Source: an uncultured Desulfospira sp. (GTDB lineage: Bacteria; Desulfobacterota; Desulfobacteria; Desulfobacterales; Desulfobacteraceae). From it: a DNA stretch of 64,000 nt. Numbering within the stretch: the stretch's first letter is position 1; every line of letters begins with the position of its first letter. The notes beneath the pieces are model-generated. The model worked only from the letters and a program-made list of their open reading frames with translations. It did not search any database and was not told the origin of the DNA. The stretch lies in the NCBI GenBank assembly GCA_963663165.1, contig OY760175.1, positions 3,040,001 to 3,104,000 of the forward strand, given 5' to 3'. Below, in pieces: positions 19,818 to 29,550 of this stretch. The position numbers and the translations under genes were made by a program.

Positions 19818-21884
19818 TCACGTCGGTTCATATTCGCCTGGGTCGTCTGCCATCTGTATGGCGATTTCTTCAAACCGTTTCTCCAATGCGAGAAAAGCAT
19901 CCACCACTTCCGGGTCAAAATGGGTCCCCTTGCCTTCTATAATCGTTTTCCTGGCCATGGTGTGGTCAAAGGCGTCTTTGTAAACCCGCCGGGCCGTCAG
20001 GGCATCGTACACATCAGCCACTGCCATGATCCGGGCGGATAACGGAATTTCTTCGCCTTTAAGGCCCTGGTTGTAGCCGGACCCGTCCCATTTTTCATGA
20101 TGGGATAAAATAATCTCTTTGGAGACCTTCAGAAAAGAGGTCTCCTGGTCGGTACCGGACATCTTTTCGGCTTCCTCAATGGCATGCCAGCCGTGGTCCG
20201 TATGTTTCTGTATTTCCACAAATTCCGCTTGTGACAGTTTGCCCGGTTTTTTGAGGACCGCATCGGGCACACCGACCTTTCCGATGTCGTGCATGGGAGC
20301 GGATTTAAACATCAACTCAATGGTATGGTCATCCAGGACATGCCGGTACCGGGGCAGAAGGCTTAACCGTTTGGCCAGCAGTTTGACAAACAAGGCGGTC
20401 CTTCGAATGTGCAGGCCGGTTTCCTTGTCCCTTGTACCGGCCAAAGCCGTAATGCCCAAAAGGGTTAAATTCTGGGCAGCGGCCATGTCCCGGGTTCGCC
20501 TGAGCATTCTTTTTTCTTCTATCCGGAACCGAAGAACACTTAACAGGGAAAACACCACAAACAACGTCAAAAAAGGGTAGGTCATGGAAATATACAGGTG
20601 CATGTGGCGCAGAAAAAACAATCCCGAAAACCAGAAACCGGTCGCGGCAAGTGCCAGAAAAAGGTTACAGGGCCAGGGTTTAAAATAAGTGAGCATCAGG
20701 GTGCAGATAATCCCGGTAATAAGGATCAGCACCCATTCCACGCCTTTGACCCAGGGCGGGGCTGACAAAAGATTGCCGTTAAGGGCATTGTCCACTGCCG
20801 TGGCATGGATCCCCACCCCGAAAAAGTAAGGTGCCAGGGGCGTGGCATGGGTTTCCCCTAATCCGGAAGCCCAGGCGCCCAGAAACACAATCCGGTCTTT
20901 CATAATGGACGGATCAGCCTTCCCCTCCAGCAGGTCCCGGGCGGATATAACGGTAAAATCTGCGGCGTTTTTTCGAAAATGAAGCAGCAGATGCCCCTGG
21001 GGGGAAACCGGGATGGTCAGATGTTTAATGGACACGGAAGAAAGCCCTGCGGGCCCTGCTTTCAATACCACTTTATCCGTATTCATGGACAGCATAAGGG
21101 CGGCAAGGGAAAGGCTCGGATAAAACCGGCCCTGGTATCCGGCGATAAACGGGGTCCTGCGGATGATCCCGTCATTGTCGGACACGGAATTGACAAAGCC
21201 ATACCCCCGGGCGGCCTGAATAAACAGGGGCAGGGGCGCCAGGATCCCGTGCATGGCCGGAAACCACTGAAACAAATCAATTCCCGTCGTCGGGGTGACA
21301 AGAGAAACTTTTAAGGGCAGCAGCCCCGGGGGCAGGCCAATGGTCTTTTCTTTTAAAAGCTTGCAGGCCAGGACAAAAGGCCCCCTGCGCAACACCCGGG
21401 CTAAAATTTTATCGTTGTCCAGGCTGGGGTCAAGGGAATCGGTCAAAGAATGGGAAACAATGACGCCCCGGTCCTGCAGGATCTTAAATGCGGCAAGCAA
21501 AGAGGCCCTGTCCGGCTCGGACATCAGGATGTCCATGCCCACGGCACTGGGGGCTGCGCGGGCAATAGCCGAACACAGCCGGGCCAAAAGATCCCTGGGC
21601 CAGGGCCATTGCCCAAAGGCCTCAAGGCTTGGGTCATCAATGGTTACAATGACCGGCCGGGCCGGGCCCTGGTCCTCAAGAGCCCGGTGGCAGACATCAT
21701 AATATTTCTGGTCCAGAAAGGTGATAAACGCAGGACGGTACACAAAAAGGCCGATGAAAAACACCGTAATGGCACAGCCTGTTCTAAAAATAATTTTTCT
21801 GTCCCGTCCCCGGTATGGAACTATTTTGCCAAGGCCGGGGGACTTTTTCTGATTTGATCCTCTGATTTTCACTGAACGGCGCAC
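19818..21884 (-). CDS. CHASE2-domain membrane protein with HD-GYP-type phosphodiesterase domain
   Basis: IDDPSLEAFGQWPWPR, DNDGIIRR, GVGIHA CHASE2 motifs; 3 TM; HDIGK, HHEKWDGSGYN. Confidence 0.9.
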   Translation of the reverse strand: MRRSVKIRGSNQKKSPGLGKIVPYRGRDRKIIFRTGCAITVFFIGLFVYRPAFITFLDQKYYDVCHRALEDQGPARPVIVTIDDPSLEAFGQWPWPRDLLARLCSAIARAAPSAVGMDILMSEPDRASLLAAFKILQDRGVIVSHSLTDSLDPSLDNDKILARVLRRGPFVLACKLLKEKTIGLPPGLLPLKVSLVTPTTGIDLFQWFPAMHGILAPLPLFIQAARGYGFVNSVSDNDGIIRRTPFIAGYQGRFYPSLSLAALMLSMNTDKVVLKAGPAGLSSVSIKHLTIPVSPQGHLLLHFRKNAADFTVISARDLLEGKADPSIMKDRIVFLGAWASGLGETHATPLAPYFFGVGIHATAVDNALNGNLLSAPPWVKGVEWVLILITGIICTLMLTYFKPWPCNLFLALAATGFWFSGLFFLRHMHLYISMTYPFLTLFVVFSLLSVLRFRIEEKRMLRRTRDMAAAQNLTLLGITALAGTRDKETGLHIRRTALFVKLLAKRLSLLPRYRHVLDDHTIELMFKSAPMHDIGKVGVPDAVLKKPGKLSQAEFVEIQKHTDHGWHAIEEAEKMSGTDQETSFLKVSKEIILSHHEKWDGSGYNQGLKGEEIPLSARIMAVADVYDALTARRVYKDAFDHTMARKTIIEGKGTHFDPEVVDAFLALEKRFEEIAIQMADDPGEYEPT

Positions 21885-21936
21885 CCTTTCCCCTGTGGGG
21901 CGGGATTCCCGGCCAGCAGGGGGCCGGGCCGCCCGG

Positions 21937-22569
21937 TTACCTTACAATCACTTCGACCCTCCGGTTTCTGGGTTCCGGAACATCATCCGGTGTGGGGACC
22001 AGTGGATTGCCTTCCCCATGGGAACTGGTGCGGACAAGCTGCTGGTCAACACCCTGATCCACTAACAGCCAGGTAACCTTTTCAGCCCGTTTAAGGGACA
22101 GGGCAATGTTGCTTTGTTCGTCGCCCACCCGGTCTGAATGACCGTCTACGCTGATGCTTTTAGAGTCCCGCTTCTCAATTTCAGCTATGATCTCGGGGAT
22201 GCGGGCAAGGGACTCATCGGTGAGGATGTCTGAGCCGGATTTGAACTGAAGAATAAATTTCTCCGGAAGCGCCGGTTCAATATGCAGCACCGGCGCAAAA
22301 ATATCTTGAATCTCCTCTTCAGGGACAGGCTCCGGCGCACCAGGGGCCTTCTCCTGGGTGACCGTCACACCGTATCCAGCCTGGTCCAGGGTTGCGGTGC
22401 CCTGGGCATTGGCAATTTGGACCTTTCCCACATGATCGTCATGGTCGGGCATCAGCACCACCCGGGTTCCTTTGGACGCACATCCGGCGGCAAAAAATCC
22501 CATTGCCGGAATCAGAACGGCCAGCAGTGCCGTTTTAAAATATCGGCCGGTTAAAATGGATGGTTTCAA
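21937..22569 (-). CDS. OmpA-family (peptidoglycan-binding) lipoprotein
   Basis: Lipobox FAAGC; GHSDRVG, NIALSLKRA, SHGEGNP, NRRVEV motifs. Confidence 0.92.
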   Translation of the reverse strand: MKPSILTGRYFKTALLAVLIPAMGFFAAGCASKGTRVVLMPDHDDHVGKVQIANAQGTATLDQAGYGVTVTQEKAPGAPEPVPEEEIQDIFAPVLHIEPALPEKFILQFKSGSDILTDESLARIPEIIAEIEKRDSKSISVDGHSDRVGDEQSNIALSLKRAEKVTWLLVDQGVDQQLVRTSSHGEGNPLVPTPDDVPEPRNRRVEVIVR

Positions 22570-23024
22570 TTGGTTACCTCCACCAGGAACCTTGTGCCCC
22601 TGACCCCAATGGTGCCGTCCGGGGTTTCGATTTTCACATGATCCGGGGCCAGCTTGGCAATAACGCCGGACAGAAACAAAAATGTCCCCTTGATCAGACG
22701 GGTTGTCATGGAATATTGATAAACGCTGGGATCAAAAACAAACTCATCCATGTTCATGGCACTGTCCGGCCCTAAACAGATGATGGTGTCATCTTGAAGA
22801 ATCAGGCTGGCAGAACTGTCCTTTGCAGACTGAATCCGGTCATGGGGATACACCCTGGTGCCGGCCTCGGCCTTAAGGCTTTCATTTTCCGGGCGCAGGA
22901 TCTCCACCTGCCCGGAAACAGACTTAAAGCTTCCGCAGGGGAGAAGTTCTCCTGCGATGCCGTATCCTGCACCGGTTAAGTAAACAAATAAACACACCAG
23001 GGTACCTCGTATCACTGCTTTCAT
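22566..23024 (-). CDS. Secreted FecR-domain protein
   Basis: Signal peptide; DRIQS..DSSASLILQDDT..LGPDS and IETPDGTIGVRGTRF; GGAGG RBS before ATG 23024. Confidence 0.85.
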   Translation of the reverse strand: MKAVIRGTLVCLFVYLTGAGYGIAGELLPCGSFKSVSGQVEILRPENESLKAEAGTRVYPHDRIQSAKDSSASLILQDDTIICLGPDSAMNMDEFVFDPSVYQYSMTTRLIKGTFLFLSGVIAKLAPDHVKIETPDGTIGVRGTRFLVEVTN

Positions 23025-23371
23025 AAAACATAATCCTCCGTTAACATGCACGGGCGGTAACTCAAAAAGAATATGGTCTGTTTTTGAGAATCTAAGGGAA
23101 CATGCGGCAAAGCAACAGGGTCTGACCATATCCTTAACGCCCTTTTTACGCCCACACTTATATCAGCCTGGTCTGTTTAAAGCAAGAAAATGCCGGATAG
23201 CATCGGGATTCGCCTGTAACCTTGCACCGGTTGATGTTATCTTTCGAATGGGTTGTATGGCGTATAAAAAACGGAGACCGGAAATCGCGGATTCTTAAGG
23301 GGTACGCATTCCGGTCTCCCGTCTCCGGTCTCCGGTTTCCTCCAATTACATAGCCTCGGGCATGCCCCGAA

Positions 23372-24166
23372 CTACTCCACCTGAAACCCTGCTGATTTTT
23401 CAGCCGAGATCCCTTCCATTTCCACTTTGATGGTAATGGTATAGGCCCCTTTTTCATCGTCGGCTTTGCACTTCCGGATAATGGTTACAGGCAGACCGTT
23501 CGGCAGAGTAAGGGTTTCAGCAGGCTTGGCCATAATCACCCTGCCCCCCTTTTCCACCGTATAGGTCATGAGAGCGGTTGCCATATCCCCCTGTTTCCGG
23601 TCTCTGGCAAAAAGGTCCAAAGACAGATCAAACAGGGCACCGGGTGCCATTCTTTCAGAGGAAATATTGAGGGCTGCAATGGACAGATCCGCCGCGCTCC
23701 CCGCTGACCCCTGGGGGGTGTCGTCAACGGTGGTGCTTTCCATGTAGCCGTAGACCTGTTTCCCCTCTTTTAACGGTGCGGTTTTTCCCCCGGTGGCCTG
23801 AGGGCCTGATCCGGGCAGCGGCATCACCCGGACGCCCCGGGTCACCTTGATGTTGTTTTGAATGACACCGATATCAACAAAAGCGCCTTCCTTTTTCCCT
23901 GCCATGGCCTGGTCAAAGTCCCGGGCGGACTGAATCTTGACGCGGTTCACCTTGACAATGATATTGCCGGGTTTAAGGCCTGACTTTTGGGCTGAGCTGT
24001 TTTCCTGAACCTGGACAATTTCTGCCCCGGGGCGGGACTTCGCATCTTTTACCTCAACGCCGATAAAGCCGCCGGCTGGTTGTGCAAACGGTTTCTGGGC
24101 AGCGCCTGAAGCAAAAAGAAATATCATTGTCACAGCAGCCAGCATCACACTTTTTTTTACACCCAC
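23372..24166 (-). CDS. Exported PDZ-domain protein
   Basis: Signal peptide; GFIGVEV...VQENSSAQKSGLKPGNIIVKVN PDZ motif; AGGAGG RBS before GTG 24166. Confidence 0.75.
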   Translation of the reverse strand: MGVKKSVMLAAVTMIFLFASGAAQKPFAQPAGGFIGVEVKDAKSRPGAEIVQVQENSSAQKSGLKPGNIIVKVNRVKIQSARDFDQAMAGKKEGAFVDIGVIQNNIKVTRGVRVMPLPGSGPQATGGKTAPLKEGKQVYGYMESTTVDDTPQGSAGSAADLSIAALNISSERMAPGALFDLSLDLFARDRKQGDMATALMTYTVEKGGRVIMAKPAETLTLPNGLPVTIIRKCKADDEKGAYTITIKVEMEGISAEKSAGFQVE

Positions 24167-24203
24167 GATGTCCTCCTGTTGGTTTACGGATTTTGTAAAT
24201 TGT

Positions 24204-25883
24204 CTATTCATCTTCGGGTTTAACATACCAGTCCTCATTGCCGTATAACTTTTTCATACATTCGGTGCATAAGCCGTGGCTAAAAGATGCTTCCGAATAT
24301 TTTTGAAGGTATGCCTCCAGCGTGTTCCAATACCCCTGGTCGTCCCGGATCTTTTTGCAGGCCGAACAGATAGGGATCAACCCCTTTAAGGTTTTGACCT
24401 CAGACAATGCGGTCTGCAATTCTTCAATTAATATTTCTTTTTGAGCCTTGGCTGTTTTATGGGCCTCAACCTCTTTGACCAGCTCGGCTGTCCGCTCCCG
24501 GATCTGTTGATCCAGGATTTCGTTCTGCTTTGCCATCCGTAAGGTAAGGTTTTCATTTTCGGTGAACACCTGGTCAATGATATTAAACCATGTCTGCCAT
24601 ACGTTTGGGACTTGAATGCCAGACAGTGGCGCCTTGTTCCGGCTCCGGTTTATGATGTGATTGACAAAGGTCTTGGACGGCAGAATAAATTGTTTTTCCG
24701 TCAGGAAAAACACAATTACCACCAGGATCATGGAAAAGGCCAGGATCACCAGCGGCCCCCAGCCGACCAAATCCGAAAGCAGGGCCCAGAAAGGCCTTTG
24801 TTTTTCATAATAGATCATCTGCCACGGCGCCTGCTTTAAATGATCGCTGTAAATTTTATATCCCTTAACCCTTATAATTTCTTCATCGGGCAGTCCGGCC
24901 AAAGAAAAATCCGGGGCATTTAATGCCGGGGGCAGTACCTCTTTGAGCAGCTTGGTCCGGCTGTTTTGAGAAATGATGGCAACGGGGTGGGCTACCAGCT
25001 GCCGTTGGTCATTGGCCAGGCACAGGGTGCCTCGCGGGATGGTAAAATTCTTTACAATGGTATTTAAAAAATCAACGGTCAGGTCAATGGCAACGGTGCC
25101 AAGGAACCGGTCACGGTCATATACGGGGGCGGCACAGGTTGTCATCAGCCCTTTTCCGTATTCATCCGCATAAATCCGGGTCCAGAAGCCGGACCGGTCT
25201 TTATTGTTTTCCGGCAGGCCCAGGGTGTAAAATTCGTGGGTCAGCAGCGTATCTGAATATTTAAATTTTCGGGATGACACCCAGGGATAAATATTAATAA
25301 ACTGATGTTTTGACGTATAATAGACCCAGGCCACATTCTCCGATGTTTCAAATATGCCCTGAAACGCTGGATTCAGATTCAGGGCCATGTGAATTTCCCG
25401 GTAAAAGTCCGGGTCCTGGTTTTCCAGGGAACCGAGTCCGGACAGGTTTCCGGCCATTTTCTCGGATACAGGGGGGGCAAAATGATCCAGGGCGTAATAA
25501 TTCTGGGCCGGGACTGGTTTGAGCCCCCTAAACTCCAGGGGCTGGGTCAAGGCCCTGCCGCCTTCGGACTGCATGAGATCGGCCTGGGCCAGGACCCGCA
25601 TTTTTGTCACATTGCCGGTAACCGATGACAGCAGGCGGTCCAGATAGATGACCCTTTCGTGAAACTCTCTTGCAATCATGGCGTTTTCGTATTTTTCAGC
25701 CGATAAATAGCGCTGCCCGGTCATGAAAATCAGAATCACCACCAGGACAAAAAAGACCAGAAAAATCAAAATCGACTGGCGGCTGTGAAACCAGCTCACC
25801 TGATTTTCCATCAAGGATAAATCAGGTGAACCGGTTATCTCATGGTCTGTGGATGAAGATCTGGCCTTTTCTTCCAAATGCAT
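24204..25883 (-). CDS. Membrane dCache sensor protein with a C-terminal Cys/His motif and no catalytic output domain
   Basis: 2 TM flanking WTRIYADEYGKGLMTTCAAPVY dCache motif; coiled coil; LIPICSACKKIRDDQGYW...SHGLCTEC tail. Confidence 0.8.
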   Translation of the reverse strand: MHLEEKARSSSTDHEITGSPDLSLMENQVSWFHSRQSILIFLVFFVLVVILIFMTGQRYLSAEKYENAMIAREFHERVIYLDRLLSSVTGNVTKMRVLAQADLMQSEGGRALTQPLEFRGLKPVPAQNYYALDHFAPPVSEKMAGNLSGLGSLENQDPDFYREIHMALNLNPAFQGIFETSENVAWVYYTSKHQFINIYPWVSSRKFKYSDTLLTHEFYTLGLPENNKDRSGFWTRIYADEYGKGLMTTCAAPVYDRDRFLGTVAIDLTVDFLNTIVKNFTIPRGTLCLANDQRQLVAHPVAIISQNSRTKLLKEVLPPALNAPDFSLAGLPDEEIIRVKGYKIYSDHLKQAPWQMIYYEKQRPFWALLSDLVGWGPLVILAFSMILVVIVFFLTEKQFILPSKTFVNHIINRSRNKAPLSGIQVPNVWQTWFNIIDQVFTENENLTLRMAKQNEILDQQIRERTAELVKEVEAHKTAKAQKEILIEELQTALSEVKTLKGLIPICSACKKIRDDQGYWNTLEAYLQKYSEASFSHGLCTECMKKLYGNEDWYVKPEDE

Positions 25884-25914
25884 TGTTTTCCCTTTTCCCC
25901 ACTTGGCCGTTCCA

Positions 25915-26708
25915 TCAAAATATGGATAAAATCATTCGGGTTCCCACCACATAAAGCAATGCTGCAAATATTTTTTTGAGTTTGTCAATGGGCAGGCTGT
26001 GGGCCAGTTTCGCCCCTAAGGGCGCGGTCATTACGCTGGCTGCCACAATGCCGGCCAGGGCTGTCAGATTCACATATCCCAGACAAAAAGAGGGCAGGTT
26101 GTCCATCCCCAGCCCGTTGACAATATACCCCAGGCTCCCGGCCACGGCAATGGGAAAGCCAATGGCGGAAGAGGTTCCAATGGCCTTGTGGACTTGGGTA
26201 TTGCACCAGGACAAGAAGGGAACCGAAAGGGTCCCCCCGCCAATGCCCACCAGGCTGGAAAAATCCCGATAACCGACCCGGCCCCGAATATACCGACTGT
26301 TCCCGGAATCTCCCGGGTGGGTTTGGGTTTAATTCCCATGATCATCTGGGTGGCCACATAATACAGGAAAATCCCAAAAAATCCCTTTAAAAAATTGGTG
26401 CTCAGCCGGGAGGCGATCCAGGCACCAAAAAAGGTGCCGGCCAGAATCCCGGGGGTGATGGCCAGAACCACGGGCCAGAGGACGGCCCCCCGTTTGTGAT
26501 GGGCCATCAAACTGGATACCGAGGTAAACAGGATAGACGCAAGGGAGGTGCCCAGCGCCAAATGAAGAATGTGTTCATGGGCAAGCCCCTGGGCTGTAAA
26601 GGCAAAGGTCAGCATCGGAACAATGACCAGTCCGCCGCCGATCCCTAAAAGTCCTGCCAGAACGCCGGCAACAGCGCCGACAACAAGATAAAGCAAAAAA
26701 AACGACAT
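25915..26708 (-). pseudogene. TauE/SafE-family sulfite exporter split by a 1-bp deletion (or a sequencing error)
   Basis: Both halves carry GIGGG TauE repeats; one extra T in the T5 run at 26263-26259 restores ...IGIFSSLVGIGGGT... Confidence 0.8.
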
Positions 26709-26853
26709 AATTTAAAAAATCCTTTTTTTAAAGGAGATCAGTCCGAAGAGGGTTAGGCCAAAGGATCTTATAATATTGCACAATCGCAATTTCATCCTTC
26801 ATCCCTCATCCTTTCCCACCCCCTCCATAATGTTAAAATCCAACCGGCCATAG

Positions 26854-27522
26854 CTAAAGCCCTGAGTCTCTCTCAATATCCGCCATATGGTGTGCCATTT
26901 CCCGGAATGCGGCATCCGGGTCTTTGTTTTTTAATGCCCGGATAATGTTTTGATGGGCCGTCACAGAGGATGTCACCCGCTCAGGCGTCTGAAGCTCCCG
27001 GGACCGGCTTTCCACTAAAATTTCCTTTAAGGTGTCATAAACCGACCGTAAAACGCTGTTCCCGGTGGCCCGGACCAGGGCCGCGTGAAAAGCCTCGTCA
27101 AATACCACGGGATCCCCTCCCTGGGCCAGGGCATCTGTCTGCCGGTCCACCAGGGATTGAAGGTGCTCAATCTTATCCGGTGTAATCGTCCGGGCGGCCC
27201 GGGCGGCAATGGCAGGTTCTAAAAGCCCCCTGACCTCAAACACCTCGGCCAGGCGAAGCCGTTTTTGTTCCGCCATCTTACGAAGCTGCCCTTTTAATAT
27301 CTGAGCGGCATCTCCGGTAACAAATGAGCCTGCCCCCCGCCGGGAAACCAGAATACCCTTTTCCTTCAAGGAAAGAATGGCCTCTCGAACCGTATTCCTT
27401 GACACCTTGAACCGGTCTGCCAGGACCCGTTCCGGGGCCAGCCGGTCCCCGGCCCCTAAGGACCGTTCTTTGATGTCCTTGAGGATCTTTTCCTCAACCT
27501 GATGACTGACGGGATTGGCCAT
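26854..27522 (-). CDS. GntR/FadR-family transcriptional regulator (FCD domain)
   Basis: GDRLAPERVLADRFKVSRNTVREA HTH; DEAFH and HQNII FCD motifs. Confidence 0.93.
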   Translation of the reverse strand: MANPVSHQVEEKILKDIKERSLGAGDRLAPERVLADRFKVSRNTVREAILSLKEKGILVSRRGAGSFVTGDAAQILKGQLRKMAEQKRLRLAEVFEVRGLLEPAIAARAARTITPDKIEHLQSLVDRQTDALAQGGDPVVFDEAFHAALVRATGNSVLRSVYDTLKEILVESRSRELQTPERVTSSVTAHQNIIRALKNKDPDAAFREMAHHMADIERDSGL

Positions 27523-27543
27523 AATTCATCTCCTTTACCACAA

Positions 27544-27558
27544 ATTGGTCCAACCAAT
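27544..27558. promoter_or_regulatory. FadR-subfamily (PdhR/LldR-like) operator
   Basis: Perfect ATTGGT-N3-ACCAAT about 20 bp upstream of the regulator start. Confidence 0.75.
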
Positions 27559-28208
27559 ATCTCACCTACTTCGATAAAAAGCAAGAATAAAAATCCCACC
27601 GGATAAGATAAACAACTGTCCTGAAATGAAACATCAGGTTAAATACAAATAAGTTGACTTTAGACTTGCGGTACCGTCTATAGGCAATGAATTTCCTTGC
27701 TTTTGCTCGAATTTACAGTCCAAGTGGGAGTTATCAAAATAAGAATCAAATGCTTTCCAAACCAACTTTGGATTTGGCTGGGCCTTAATCAACCGGATGG
27801 GTTTAAGGGAAGCCATTTCAGTGCGCAGCACTGAAACTCTGTGTTTCTCTGTGCCCCTCTGTGGTTAAATTTAAAGAATGGGCGAAGCCCACAATTTATA
27901 AAACCAGGAGGTTAAAGAAGAATAATTCAACCCCTTCGGGATTTCATAATTTTTAAACCACAGAGGGGCTTCGGCTCCTTTCTTGCTTCCAGTCTCTTGT
28001 TTCTTGATTATACATCCTTATCATCGGAACAACCAACGCCTGCAAATAACCGATATGCGCTTATCCTAAAAAATTCCAAGTGAAAACTTTATTTATCCTT
28101 ATTGTTCTGTTATAAGAAAGGTTTGCTTTATTAAGCGGTTAAATAAAGCCGCGGCCTGGCAGCCGACAGGCTTTTGCCCTTAAATTTTTACGGATACGGG
28201 TTAACGCA

Positions 28209-29504
28209 ATGAAAATGTTTACATATCCGTCCAAAGAGGCGGAAAAACGGGTTCAGGAAACCATTGACCGGGGCCTTGGATTTTCCCGGGAAGACCATGA
28301 AAATGTTCTAAAGTACATTGAGGATGTCAAGGCACGGGGGGACCAGGCCTTAGTGGCATATACCAACCGGTTTGATTCCAAAACCGTGACCCTGGGCACG
28401 TTAAAGGTATCGGATCAGGAGTTTGAACAAGCCCTTGCCGGCCTTGAGCCTGAATTTTTAAAGGCCCTGGACCGGGCCGTGGACCAGTTGACCCGGTTCC
28501 ATGAGCAGCAAAAGGAAAAATCCTGGATTGACACCCCGAGAAACGGGGTTTGTCTGGGCCAGATGGTCCGGCCGGTGAATGCGGCCGGGGTATATGCCCC
28601 CGGTGCCAAAGGGGGGAAAACCCCCCTGGTTTCCTCTGTGCTCATGGGCGGGATTCCGGCCCGGGTGGCCGGGGTGAAATCCATTGTCCTGATGACCCCG
28701 CCCATGGAAAACGGCAAAATCAATCCCCATATCCTGGCTGCGGCCCGAAAAGTGGGGATCTCTTCGGTATTCAAGGCCGGCAGCGCCTGGGCCATTGCCG
28801 CCCTGGCCTACGGCACAGAGCAGGTCCCCAAGGTGGATGTGATTGTGGGCCCGGGCAACATTTACGTGACCCTGGCCAAAAAACTGGTGTCCGGAACCGT
28901 GGGCATTGACATGATCGCCGGTCCCAGTGAAATTCTGATCATTGCCGACAGGACCGCCAACCCTGAATTTGTGGCAGCCGACCTGCTCTCCCAGGCCGAG
29001 CATGATGTCATGGCTTCAGCCGTGCTGATCACCGATTCAAAAGAGGTGGCCGAACAGACCGTCAAGGCCCTCAAGGGGCAGCTGGACAAGCTTGGCAGAA
29101 AAGAGATTGCCCAAAAATCCATTGAGGATTACGGGTCTATCCTGCTGGTGCCGGATATTGAAACGGCCATCGGCCTTTCCAACCGCCTGGCCCCGGAACA
29201 TCTGGAACTTATGGTAAAAGATCCCTTTAACTACCTGGATCAGGTCCGGAATGCCGGTGCCCTGTTCCTGGGAACCCATACCCCGGAACCCATGGGAGAC
29301 TATATTGCCGGCCCCAACCATGTGCTGCCCACAGCCGGGACGGCCCGGTTTTCTTCAGCCCTGGGCGTGGCCCATTTTACCAAAAAAACCAGCCTGATTC
29401 ACTACTCGGAAAAGGCGCTTAAAGACGAGGCCGATGATGTCATCTGCCTGGCCGGCATTGAGGGGCTCGACGCCCATGCCAATGCCGTGAAGATCAGAAA
29501 ATAG
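28209..29504 (+). CDS. hisD: Histidinol dehydrogenase
   Basis: IVGPGNIYV, IDMIAGPSE, DLLSQAEHD, APEHLE, GDYIAGPNHVLPT motifs. Confidence 0.97.
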   Translation: MKMFTYPSKEAEKRVQETIDRGLGFSREDHENVLKYIEDVKARGDQALVAYTNRFDSKTVTLGTLKVSDQEFEQALAGLEPEFLKALDRAVDQLTRFHEQQKEKSWIDTPRNGVCLGQMVRPVNAAGVYAPGAKGGKTPLVSSVLMGGIPARVAGVKSIVLMTPPMENGKINPHILAAARKVGISSVFKAGSAWAIAALAYGTEQVPKVDVIVGPGNIYVTLAKKLVSGTVGIDMIAGPSEILIIADRTANPEFVAADLLSQAEHDVMASAVLITDSKEVAEQTVKALKGQLDKLGRKEIAQKSIEDYGSILLVPDIETAIGLSNRLAPEHLELMVKDPFNYLDQVRNAGALFLGTHTPEPMGDYIAGPNHVLPTAGTARFSSALGVAHFTKKTSLIHYSEKALKDEADDVICLAGIEGLDAHANAVKIRK

Positions 29505-29550
29505 CACTGGCGTAAATTTAATATTAACCTGATAACATATAAATGATCCC

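Noticed and set aside
27634..27831. 65-aa minus-strand ORF in the AT-rich intergenic region
   Set aside because: GTG start inside repeat debris, no RBS and no recognisable motif
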